Below, piece after piece: positions 22,406 to 31,240 of a stretch of 64,000 bases of DNA. Location of the stretch: positions 24,782 to 88,781 of the forward strand of contig JAJFLP010000108.1 of assembly GCA_021772635.1 (NCBI GenBank). Direction: 5' to 3'. Position numbers and translations under genes: made by a program. This DNA comes from Verrucomicrobiota bacterium. GTDB lineage: Bacteria > Verrucomicrobiota > Lentisphaeria > JABSQK01 > JAJFLO01. Positions within the stretch are counted from its first letter, which is position 1. Every line of letters starts with the position of its first letter. The notes beneath the pieces are model-generated. The model saw only the letters and a program-made list of their open reading frames with translations, was not told the origin of the DNA and searched no databases.

Positions 22406-23710
22406 ATGAAAATTCTGATTACTGCGGATATTCACCTCGGCAAACGTCCTTCCAGAATTCCCATTGACGTCGCTGCCGATTTTTCGAGCGCACAAATGTG
22501 GAGGCGCCTCGTCGATTTCGCGATTGAAACGGAGGTTGACGCGGTGATTCTCGCTGGCGATATCGTGGACGAGGCGAATCGGTTTTACGAGGCGATCGGG
22601 CCGCTGGAATCGGGAGTGAATCGACTGGTAGATCGACAGATTATGGTGTATGCGGTTTCCGGGAATCACGACTATGACGTCCTGCCGCGACTCACAGATT
22701 CTATTGGTGCCGATAAATTTCGTCTACTCGGGAGGGGCGGTAGTTGGCAAAGAGAGGTCCTGTTGAGAAACGACCGACCTGTCCTGCAGCTATTCGGTTG
22801 GTCCTTCCCGGGGCAACACGTTCGAAAAAGTCCGTTATCTACTTTCCCAACTGATCTTGTCGACAACTCGATACCGGCTTTGGGTATTTTGCACGCTGAT
22901 TTGGATAATCCCGAGAGTCAATATTGTCCGGTTCGTCGTGACGAGTTCGCGAAGTGTGGAGTTCCTCTATGGATTCTTGGACATATACACAAGCCGAGTG
23001 AATTCGATGCGGGCGCACATCCCATCGTAATGTATCCCGGCTCACCACAGGGTATGGATCCAGGACCGGGAGAGGTTGAAGTTCATGGTCCATGGATTTT
23101 GGAATATGAGAAGGGGGCGCCTCAGCTACGGCACCAGAATTTTGCGCCTGTTGCTTATGTTAATCTAACCATCGACATCACCGATATTGCCGACTCGGTG
23201 ACTCTCCAAACAAAGATTACTGATGCGCTTACGAATTCCGCCGAAGAGTACGCGGCGAACAACTCCCATTTAAAGGTACTATCCTATCGCCTTGAGGTTG
23301 CGGGTCGGACGTCGATGCGGTATGCGGAGGTCGAGAGTCAGTTGGATTTGCTTCAACAGACAGGGATGATGCGGAACGGAATCGACGTGTTCGTAAATAA
23401 ATACGTAATTCATGTTCAACCGCGAATCAATTTAGCGGAGTTGGTCAGTGGCAAGAATCATCTCGCGGAATTAAGTCAATTGCTACTTGCCCTCGACGGG
23501 TCACAATCCACGCCGGACGACCACCACGAATTAGTAAAGTCGTTACAGCTTCAGTTATCGAGCGCGCGTAATAGTGGGCCATTCCTGCAGCTTTCGGTCG
23601 CGAACCCGACTCACGAATCAGACGAGGAAATCGCCCGGCAACTGATCTTAGAGCAGGCGTGGCGTTTGGTAGAAGAATTGACAGGTCAAAAGGAAACCTA
23701 TGGAGAATAA
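22406..23710 (+). CDS. Mre11/SbcD-family metallophosphoesterase nuclease (YhaO/SbcF-like)
   Basis: Calcineurin-like motifs in order: ADIHLG, AGDIVD, SGNHDY, LHAD, LGHIHK. The 3' end overlaps the next gene by 11 bp. Confidence 0.8.
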   Translation: MKILITADIHLGKRPSRIPIDVAADFSSAQMWRRLVDFAIETEVDAVILAGDIVDEANRFYEAIGPLESGVNRLVDRQIMVYAVSGNHDYDVLPRLTDSIGADKFRLLGRGGSWQREVLLRNDRPVLQLFGWSFPGQHVRKSPLSTFPTDLVDNSIPALGILHADLDNPESQYCPVRRDEFAKCGVPLWILGHIHKPSEFDAGAHPIVMYPGSPQGMDPGPGEVEVHGPWILEYEKGAPQLRHQNFAPVAYVNLTIDITDIADSVTLQTKITDALTNSAEEYAANNSHLKVLSYRLEVAGRTSMRYAEVESQLDLLQQTGMMRNGIDVFVNKYVIHVQPRINLAELVSGKNHLAELSQLLLALDGSQSTPDDHHELVKSLQLQLSSARNSGPFLQLSVANPTHESDEEIARQLILEQAWRLVEELTGQKETYGE

Positions 23711-26700
23711 ATCTCTAGCGATTCGCGAAATTGAGATCCGCCGATTTCTGGGATTTCAGCGGCAGGAGGACGAATTCAGAATCGGTAAGGACTCGATATC
23801 CTCCGGTATCAATATTCTATTCGGTCCAAACGGATCTGGCAAAACCACGACAGCATTGGCTCTTCAGACTCTCATGTGGCCTCAGGTTAACGGGGGCCCA
23901 CCGCCAACATTAAATGGGAATTGGAGTCTTAACGATGACGAGTGGGATGTTAGTATCGACGCGGGGTTCACACGTTTTCGCTGCAACGGATCGGAAGCTT
24001 CGCCTCCGGCACTTGCACCCGCGGATTGGAAGGATCGCTACCGGTTGTCGCTGCACGAGCTGTTACATACTGATGATCAGCATCTCGCCGCGCAGATCCA
24101 GAACGAAATAGATGGTGGCTATGACCTCCGGGCAGCGAGTGAGGCGTTAGGCTTCACCAAAGCGATCCCGAGCCTAAACGTACGTCAATTCCGCGAACTA
24201 AAGGATGCCAATCGAAAAGTGGAAGAACTTACACGTACACAGCGTGCGCTTGCTAGCGAAGAAAGTGAACTGAGCAAGCTCGAAAGCAAACGAACTCAAG
24301 CTTCTAAGTCTCAGAATCACTACGAATCCCTAAAAATAGCGGTCGAGTATTGTGACGCACGGGAAAGACTCGATAGTGACACGGGGAAACTGGAGGTTTT
24401 CGATGCGTCCATTGGCAATCTGACCGGTGAAGAACAAGACCATCTCACCGAGTTGAAAAATGATATTCAGGCGCGAGAAATCGCCAGAGAGAAAAAACAA
24501 TTGGAGCTGGCCGATGCGGAGCGACGACAGACCGATACGAAACTCCCCACTGACACCGGAATACCGGACGGGCTCGTTGCAACTTTAGAATCGTATTCGC
24601 GAAAATTCCGGCAGCTCGAACTCGAACGGGAGGCGCGGGAGAAAGAGGTCGGAAAGCAACGGGCACTGACGGACGGGTTGCGTCGGAAATTGGGCGAGTC
24701 GTTGACCGACGCGCAGCTTGCGGACCTGAAGTTGGATGATCTGACTGAATTGGGCGAGTGGTTTAGGGCAGTAACCGCGTATCATGCCGACGACCAGGCC
24801 TTCGAAACTCTCAGCAATTTGTTGAGAACGTCCGATACCGTCAGTGACGGAGACTCGGTCGTTGAAATCTCCAAGGGTAAAGACTTACTCAACGAATGGC
24901 TGCGATCTTTGGATTCCGCGGGCAGCCGCGACCACGCGTTCAATATCACCGCGGTATTGGCGACGACCTTGATGACAATCGGAATTGTTCTGCTTGCGAT
25001 ACTTGTTCATCCCGCCTTCTTTCCCGCACTCATTCTATCAATTATTTTCTTTCTTTTCGTATTCCGTAATACAAAAAATCATCAAATTCGCTCGCGTGAT
25101 GCGATTATTGTCGATTACCTGAAACTGGAACTGAGAGCTCCGGAAACATGGGAGCGGGACCAGGTCAGTAAGCGGATCGAAGAATTCGATAAAAACTTGG
25201 CAGCCCATTCGGTCCAACAGGAAAAAGCGGATCTGTTACGGACAGTAAAAGCCACAACTGCCGAAGAGCTGGAGAAGAAACAAAAGAAAATCGATGAGAT
25301 TAGAAAATGTATAACGGAACGACTCCCGATAGACCTTAAACCTAGTGACTCCGGTTACTATTTGCTGATTGAAAATATCCGGCAGTGGCAATCTACGCAT
25401 ATTGGATTAGTTGCGGAAGAAGCGGACTTAGAGAATTTGAGCAAAAGATTGGCCATCACCCTAAACGACTTTAACGAACACCAACAAGAGTATACCGGGC
25501 AGGTCGCGAAGAATAGCCATGATGCTGACGGGATTGTAACCGAGATTTCCAAGCGCGTCACCGAGTTTAACGAGGCCCGGTCGGCGATTGATCATTCGAG
25601 TATAGAAATAAAGCGGCTATCGGCCGATATCGCTGATTATAAGAAAAGGCAACGGGCAATATTTCGAAAACTTAATGAAGACGTCGATGTTGAGGACGAC
25701 GAACAACTGGAAAATTGTGAACGCAAGTTAGTTGATTTATTGGGTCAACGAGAATCGTTTGCCGCAGTGAGGCAGGAAGTCGAAAGCAGTAAAATTAGAT
25801 TGCGCGAATTAGATCAGAAGATCCGGAAATATTCAGACGTTGATCCCGATCTCCTTGAGTTATCCAGGGAGGTTCTCATAGAAAAACGAGATCAGGCAAA
25901 AATTGAAGCTGAAGGTTTAGAATCGGTTATCGAGGAAATCACAAAGTTAACGACGAGGATTAGCGAAGCGAAGAAAAAGCATGACGTCGAAACGGCGCTC
26001 GCCGAAAAGACTGACGCGGAGTTCGAGTTGCATCAATTGTGGACCCGAACTCAATCGGCAATTGCCGGAAACGTCTTAGCGGAATTCTTAAATCGTCGTT
26101 CGCAGAAGAATGCGTCAGGTGTCTTGGCTCGCGCTCGGCAGACGTTCGCCGAGATCACGCGCCACCGGTTCGAATTGGTCGTAACTGACAGCAGTAATCC
26201 CGAGTTTCGAGCCCGCGATACGGCCAGCAGTGAACTGCGGTCGCTAAATGAATTGTCGAGTGGAACCCGGATCCAACTGTTGTTGGCAGTCCGTATAGCG
26301 TTTATCGAAGAGCAGGAGGGCAATGGCCCGCAATTGCCACTGATACTGGATGAGGTTCTTGCCAACAGTGATGACGCTAGAACCGAAGCGATCATTAACG
26401 CGGTGGTCACGATTGCGTCGAAAGGGCGACAGGTGTTTTACTTCACTGCTCAGTCAGATGAAGTTGGGAAGTGGATGGGGATACTCAAGAAACAGAAGGT
26501 AGTCAGTTATCAGGCGCCGATTATTCTTCCACCGTCCGCGCCGGCACGAGAGTTTCTGAAGTCGTCTGTTGCGACCGTCGAGTCAATAAACATCCCCATA
26601 CCGGACAAGATGACGCATTGCGAGTACGGCGAAGTTCTCAATGTTCCGCCGCTAAACCCCTGGCGGTCTTTCAGAGAAGCGCATCTCTGGCATATCGTTA

Positions 26701-27254
26701 ATAACGATGAAGTGTTATACCGACTACTTGTGCTCGGGTACACAAACTGGGGGCAGTTGGAATACCTCGTTCATGATACGGATGCAACGGCGATCAGTCG
26801 ATTGGGGATCAGCGAGGATCCCGCTTTCTATGACACGTGTCTTGCTTATGCCGAGATTCTAAAGGAAGGATTGAATCTATGGCGCATTGGCCGAGGCAAG
26901 CCTGTCGACCGTCAGACCCTACTCGACTCAGGCGCAGTAAGCGAGAAATTTGTTAACCGGATTTCTAATCAGGCGAAAGAAGTAGACGGATTCGCGAAGA
27001 AGATTATTCGGCGCCTGAAGGATAAGGCGGTGAAGGGGTTCTTGTCGAAGAAAATCGAAGAACTTGAAGGTTATTTGATTGATCAAGGATACCTGGATCA
27101 AAGAGAACCTTTAACTGCGGATGAATTTAAGATTAAACTCGACGGCATCGCGTCCGAATACGTTGGATCCGGGATGTTGTCATATCCTCAATTAGAAAAA
27201 ATACGGAATAGGCTGCTTTCCGATTTAGCATCGTATGCCGAAGCCCAAAATTGA
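23700..27254 (+). CDS. Rad50/SbcC-family ABC-type ATPase with an internal transmembrane hairpin (YhaN/SbcE-like) and a roughly 300-aa C-terminal extension
   Basis: N-terminal Walker A FGPNGSGKTT, long coiled-coil regions, an ABC signature LSSGTRIQ, and Walker B/D-loop LPLILDEVLANSDD. No CxxC zinc hook is present. Instead two hydrophobic helices (ITAVLATTLMTIGIVLLAILVHPAFFPALILSIIFFLFVF) sit mid-protein. Confidence 0.75.
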   Translation: MENKSLAIREIEIRRFLGFQRQEDEFRIGKDSISSGINILFGPNGSGKTTTALALQTLMWPQVNGGPPPTLNGNWSLNDDEWDVSIDAGFTRFRCNGSEASPPALAPADWKDRYRLSLHELLHTDDQHLAAQIQNEIDGGYDLRAASEALGFTKAIPSLNVRQFRELKDANRKVEELTRTQRALASEESELSKLESKRTQASKSQNHYESLKIAVEYCDARERLDSDTGKLEVFDASIGNLTGEEQDHLTELKNDIQAREIAREKKQLELADAERRQTDTKLPTDTGIPDGLVATLESYSRKFRQLELEREAREKEVGKQRALTDGLRRKLGESLTDAQLADLKLDDLTELGEWFRAVTAYHADDQAFETLSNLLRTSDTVSDGDSVVEISKGKDLLNEWLRSLDSAGSRDHAFNITAVLATTLMTIGIVLLAILVHPAFFPALILSIIFFLFVFRNTKNHQIRSRDAIIVDYLKLELRAPETWERDQVSKRIEEFDKNLAAHSVQQEKADLLRTVKATTAEELEKKQKKIDEIRKCITERLPIDLKPSDSGYYLLIENIRQWQSTHIGLVAEEADLENLSKRLAITLNDFNEHQQEYTGQVAKNSHDADGIVTEISKRVTEFNEARSAIDHSSIEIKRLSADIADYKKRQRAIFRKLNEDVDVEDDEQLENCERKLVDLLGQRESFAAVRQEVESSKIRLRELDQKIRKYSDVDPDLLELSREVLIEKRDQAKIEAEGLESVIEEITKLTTRISEAKKKHDVETALAEKTDAEFELHQLWTRTQSAIAGNVLAEFLNRRSQKNASGVLARARQTFAEITRHRFELVVTDSSNPEFRARDTASSELRSLNELSSGTRIQLLLAVRIAFIEEQEGNGPQLPLILDEVLANSDDARTEAIINAVVTIASKGRQVFYFTAQSDEVGKWMGILKKQKVVSYQAPIILPPSAPAREFLKSSVATVESINIPIPDKMTHCEYGEVLNVPPLNPWRSFREAHLWHIVNNDEVLYRLLVLGYTNWGQLEYLVHDTDATAISRLGISEDPAFYDTCLAYAEILKEGLNLWRIGRGKPVDRQTLLDSGAVSEKFVNRISNQAKEVDGFAKKIIRRLKDKAVKGFLSKKIEELEGYLIDQGYLDQREPLTADEFKIKLDGIASEYVGSGMLSYPQLEKIRNRLLSDLASYAEAQN

Positions 27255-27315
27255 AGTTCAGAATACGGCGGCTCGTGGTAATAGTATTTCGTCCTCAAAC
27301 TCTCGAATCCATCCC

Positions 27316-28482
27316 ATGACTGACAACGACCTCGCACTACGATACTTGCTTGAACTACTCCCTATAATTGGCGTAAGTGGGGGCGAAGTGAAGATTGCTG
27401 ATGCGGTGGTCGCTCGGCTGACTGCTGCCGGTTGTCGCCATGACTGGATCTCGCGCGACGACGTGGGCCAACAATTCCCGGATCGATTGGGGATCGGCAA
27501 TGTTATCGTCAAACTCCCGGGAACCTTGGACAGTCGGCGGCAACTTTTCGTCGCTCATCTTGACACGGTTCCGCTCTGCCTGGGATGCGAACCGGTCCGC
27601 GACGGAAATCGCATTGTCGCGCGGGGAAAAACAGCAGTCGGTGCTGATAATCGGACTGGTGTCGCGTGCCTGATCTCGGTCATTAAGACGATCCTTACCG
27701 ACAGGGTGCCGCATCCGCCGTTAACATTTCTATTCACCGTCGCGGAAGAGATTGGATTATTGGGCGCCCGCCACGTGGATTTGGATATGCTGGGTAACCC
27801 GGAGATCGGGGTTAATATCGACTCCGGTGATCCGGAAAAGCTGATCATCGGTGCAGTCGGCGCGGATCGGTGGGAGATTGAGGTTTCAGGTATTTCTGCT
27901 CATGCGGGCGTGCATCCCGAAGATGGCGTGTCCGCGTCGTTGATCGCGAGTATTGCAATAACGGATGTCCACGAACAAGGATACTTCGGGAAGATTACGA
28001 AGAACGGCCACACCGGGACTTCGAACGTTGGAGTAATTCGAGGGGGTGACGCCCTGAATCAGGTCACGGATAGCGTCATTGTCAAGGGCGAATCACGTAG
28101 TCACGACATTAAATTCATCGACGAAATTACCGAGGTATATCGAAACGCATTTGAAAAAGCCGCGACCGGTGTCGCGAATTCGCAGGGGAAAAGCGGTTGG
28201 ATTGACCTCAAAGTATCTCGGGATTATCAACCGTTTGCGCTGGACATGAATTCCGCGGCTATCAAGTACGCAACGGGCATTGCTGCCGACGCCGGGCTGA
28301 CAGCTCAGTGCATGACCGTGAACGGCGGCTTGGACGCGAGTGCGCTGAATGCGCGAGGTATTCCGACGATCACAATTGGCGCCGGTCAGCATAATGCGCA
28401 TACGATCGATGAATATGTCGATATAGACGAGTTTCTCACAGGTTGCCGATTTGCGCTTGCACTGGCGACCGGACAGGTATAG
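27316..28482 (+). CDS. M20-family metallopeptidase (peptidase T/tripeptidase-like)
   Basis: HLDTV...GADN metal-binding region, TVAEEIG and GAVGADRWE motifs typical of M20/M42. The ORF opens at 27235, but the M20-like N-terminus begins at the ATG at 27316. Confidence 0.7.
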   Translation: MTDNDLALRYLLELLPIIGVSGGEVKIADAVVARLTAAGCRHDWISRDDVGQQFPDRLGIGNVIVKLPGTLDSRRQLFVAHLDTVPLCLGCEPVRDGNRIVARGKTAVGADNRTGVACLISVIKTILTDRVPHPPLTFLFTVAEEIGLLGARHVDLDMLGNPEIGVNIDSGDPEKLIIGAVGADRWEIEVSGISAHAGVHPEDGVSASLIASIAITDVHEQGYFGKITKNGHTGTSNVGVIRGGDALNQVTDSVIVKGESRSHDIKFIDEITEVYRNAFEKAATGVANSQGKSGWIDLKVSRDYQPFALDMNSAAIKYATGIAADAGLTAQCMTVNGGLDASALNARGIPTITIGAGQHNAHTIDEYVDIDEFLTGCRFALALATGQV

Positions 28483-28651
28483 AAGAACGTACAAAAAGAT
28501 TTACCACGAAGGCGCGGAGAGAATAAGAAGGAGATTTTTTAGTTTGACGATACGCCAAATTAAAAAATGACTTTGACTACGAAATCGGAGCGAGATATGA
28601 CTCATAGTGTACCGCTTGCCGTATATATCTTGGTGCCCTCACTAATAAGTA

Positions 28652-28697
28652 ATCATTGACGTTGACGCAAAGCTCTGTTTGCGCCAACGTCAATGAT
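28652..28697. terminator. 20-bp near-perfect inverted repeat (ATCATTGACGTTGACGCAAA-6 nt-TTTGCGCCAACGTCAATGAT) between convergent genes. It is a possible bidirectional terminator or operator.
   Basis: Seen directly. One mismatch in 20 bp. Located between the peptidase stop (28482) and the bioC stop (28908). Confidence 0.45.
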
Positions 28698-28907
28698 CTC
28701 TATTCTTCATCTCCGCGCCTCCGTGGTATATTATTTGTTTATCTTTCTTTCGTCTGGTGTAGCTTCCCCGTTCGCCCCGAGGTCGTTCTGCAGTCTGGCG
28801 CGAATGAAAACAGGTGATATTACTTCTTTTTCGACTTCGTTTCTTCCAGGATCCAGAAGCGAGCATCCAGGATCCAGGATCGAGAAGTGAGCATCTGTTC
28901 CCGTTCG

Positions 28908-29741
28908 TCACTTCCGCCGCAGGACGACATAAATCATATGATAAGTCGCGGTTACACCGTCCGAACCATCGAGACACCAACGCGTGTTGTACTCTTCCTG
29001 TAGTTTCTGATAAAACTGTTTACCCATCGTGAATGATTTTTGTGCGTACGGAGTACTTGCCCCTGACATTTTTATACTCAGCAGAAACTGCGTTACGGTT
29101 GAATATTCAAGCTCGCTTGATTTCTCGATAATTTCCACGTCGTAATCCGAGTTGGGCGGCAGACTTTCTTTCCACTCGTCCGCAGACGCGAAACGCAGTA
29201 AATGCGGGGTATGTTCTCGATTCAGCGCATTCTCCGTGGCTTCCAGCGCGTATCTTAATTCCATAAACGTCCCTGGACCGAACGTCGAGAAAGCCAATAT
29301 CCCGTTGTCCGATAAAAGATTAAGGTATTTTCTTACAGTAACTTCCGGTTGACTGAACCATTGAATGGCCGCGTTCGTAATTATCAGATCAAACTTAGAT
29401 CCCGCAAGGACGTCGACTACCGCTTCTTCCGCGTCCGCGACCATAAATTTAATACGATCGTCTACGCCAATCCGCTTCTTTGCCGTTTCAACCATAGCTG
29501 GTGAAATATCAACGGCCATGATTTCAGCGTTCACGTACGAAATAGAGAGGTTGACGGTCAAATTTCCTGTGCCGCATCCTAACTCGATAATAGAATTCGG
29601 CGCGAAGTCCGGGGTTTTCGTTTTTATATTGTCCAACAAGACCTCACCCATCGCACGTTGGACGGGTGCAACGTCGTCATACTGGCTGGCATTCCTGCTG
29701 AAATGCCGCTCTACTAACCGTTTATCAATCGTTGGTTTCAT
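28908..29741 (-). CDS. bioC: Malonyl-ACP O-methyltransferase BioC
   Basis: The VERHFSRNASQYD start and SAM motif ELGCGTGNLT match BioC. It lies downstream of, and overlaps, bioH. Confidence 0.8.
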   Translation of the reverse strand: MKPTIDKRLVERHFSRNASQYDDVAPVQRAMGEVLLDNIKTKTPDFAPNSIIELGCGTGNLTVNLSISYVNAEIMAVDISPAMVETAKKRIGVDDRIKFMVADAEEAVVDVLAGSKFDLIITNAAIQWFSQPEVTVRKYLNLLSDNGILAFSTFGPGTFMELRYALEATENALNREHTPHLLRFASADEWKESLPPNSDYDVEIIEKSSELEYSTVTQFLLSIKMSGASTPYAQKSFTMGKQFYQKLQEEYNTRWCLDGSDGVTATYHMIYVVLRRK

Positions 29742-30477
29742 TTAAAAAATCTTTGATTATTTCCAGTGTCTCGTCGGCTTTCTCGAAAAAACTAACGTGC
29801 CCGGTATTTGGGAGTGCTTTGAATTGGTGGTTTGAGTGCCCCGCATATCGTTCCTTCAATTCATCGAAGCGATCAATCGGGCATATGGTATCCCGCTCTC
29901 CATGAATCCACAACACCGGTTGACGGAGTGATTCAATTTCACCGTTGAGATCGACATTCTTAAGATAGTCTAAGCCCGCTGCGAGCCCGTCAACTGAAAA
30001 ATCACACTCTGCCGAATCACGGCGAATGGAATCCTTGCCTGGCAGCAAAGCCTCGAAAGGTGCTCCGGACGTTTCCGTCTCGAATACTAGCGAGTCAATA
30101 AACGCGGATAAAGTCCTACTCGGATCCTGCATCAGGGACTGTTTCATTTTCGATATTACAGAAGGTGACCACCCTAGATTTCTATCACGATCTGCGAATC
30201 GGAATGACGTGTTAAAGCATATCAATCGGTTAATGCGAGTAGGGTATTCGGCCGCCGCTTCGATTGCCAGCATCGCGCCCATTGACCATCCGATTACGGT
30301 ACAGCCGCTCGTCGGGAGCTGTGCCGTCACGCACTTCAGAAATTCATCAGGTGTTCCAGCCGACCCAAAGGAGGGGAATATATGATGGCAATCAGGGAAC
30401 TGACTGACCAGTTTGCTCCACACGTTTGCGTTGCTTCCCCAACCGTGAATCCAGAGAATGGTGTTTTTTTGTTTCAT
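29725..30477 (-). CDS. bioH: Pimeloyl-ACP methyl ester carboxylesterase BioH (alpha/beta hydrolase)
   Basis: LWIHGWGS oxyanion region and the GWSMGA nucleophile elbow, paired with bioC. Confidence 0.75.
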   Translation of the reverse strand: MKQKNTILWIHGWGSNANVWSKLVSQFPDCHHIFPSFGSAGTPDEFLKCVTAQLPTSGCTVIGWSMGAMLAIEAAAEYPTRINRLICFNTSFRFADRDRNLGWSPSVISKMKQSLMQDPSRTLSAFIDSLVFETETSGAPFEALLPGKDSIRRDSAECDFSVDGLAAGLDYLKNVDLNGEIESLRQPVLWIHGERDTICPIDRFDELKERYAGHSNHQFKALPNTGHVSFFEKADETLEIIKDFLNETND

Positions 30478-30562
30478 TGAAGAGTTAAATTAGAGACTGC
30501 AAGAAGTCGATTCTTGAAGCGCGCCCTTTGGTTGTATATACCCGGATTTAATGAGGTCTTTT

Positions 30563-30668
30563 TAATCCCAACAGTAGGTTCAATTCCCGGTTCTGCTGTC
30601 CAGCACGAACGTAGTAAAGCTTTAAGAGTCTTTCATCCCGTGGGCTTGCCCCGAGGCAGTTGATTCAA
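30563..30668. repeat. Repeat module U copy (variant AATCCCAACAGTAGGTTCAATTCCCGG ... CCCGAGGCAGTTGATTCAAT) in the bioH/cupin divergent region
   Basis: Shares both halves with 3631-3685 and 57739-57853. Confidence 0.55.
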
Positions 30669-30683
30669 TAAAAGTGGACCCGG

Positions 30684-31145
30684 GTGGTCCCCGGCAGGCA
30701 TTTCTTTACGATGATTAAACGATACATATTGCTTATACTCGTCACACCCTTAGCCTGCAGTTCCTGTGTATCCATTCGCCGCGGGGCAATCATTTCGACG
30801 GGCAAGACAATATATCACGCGAACTGGAGCGAAGAGGAACACGGAGACGAAATAGTCGTTAAAACGTTGAATGTCACAGATACAGCCAGTTATCACGTCA
30901 TTCGATTGGTGACCGCGGAGAAGCCCCATATACATGACTATCACGATTTGACGGTATTCGTACTTAAAGGGAGGGCGAGAATGAATCTCGGCGATCGTAC
31001 TGAAATCGTTAAGGCAGGAGACGTTATTGAAATCCCTCGCGGTGTCGTTCATTGGGCGGAGAACATCGGCCGGCAAGCCAGTGAAGTTTACGCGGTATTC
31101 AGTCCGCCATTTGACGGGGTTGACCGAAGATTCGTGGCGGAGTAG
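30684..31145 (+). CDS. Cupin-domain protein with an N-terminal lipoprotein-like signal
   Basis: LLILVTPLACSSC lipobox-like signal, and a cupin motif with a conserved His pair (HIHDYHD...GDVIEIPRGVVHWAEN). Confidence 0.6.
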   Translation: MVPGRHFFTMIKRYILLILVTPLACSSCVSIRRGAIISTGKTIYHANWSEEEHGDEIVVKTLNVTDTASYHVIRLVTAEKPHIHDYHDLTVFVLKGRARMNLGDRTEIVKAGDVIEIPRGVVHWAENIGRQASEVYAVFSPPFDGVDRRFVAE

Positions 31146-31149
31146 ACCG

Positions 31150-31240
31150 ATGGTCTTCAGGTTTTTGAAATATTGTTCGATATCCCTTAGGTAATGAATT
31201 CAAAGTCGTCAAAAAATTGCAATGCCTGCAGTATGAAATT
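31150..31240. repeat. Composite repeat copy (T-like, the GATATCCCTTAGGTAATGAATTCAAAGTCGTC module, and a degenerate palindrome TTGCAATGCCTGCAGTA)
   Basis: Matches 46340-46400 and 63900-63965. Confidence 0.6.

Noticed and set aside
30570-30600. tRNA fragment or pseudo-tRNA (GGTTCAATTCC resembles a T-loop).
   Set aside because: No T-stem or acceptor pairing can be drawn. The sequence belongs to repeat module U.
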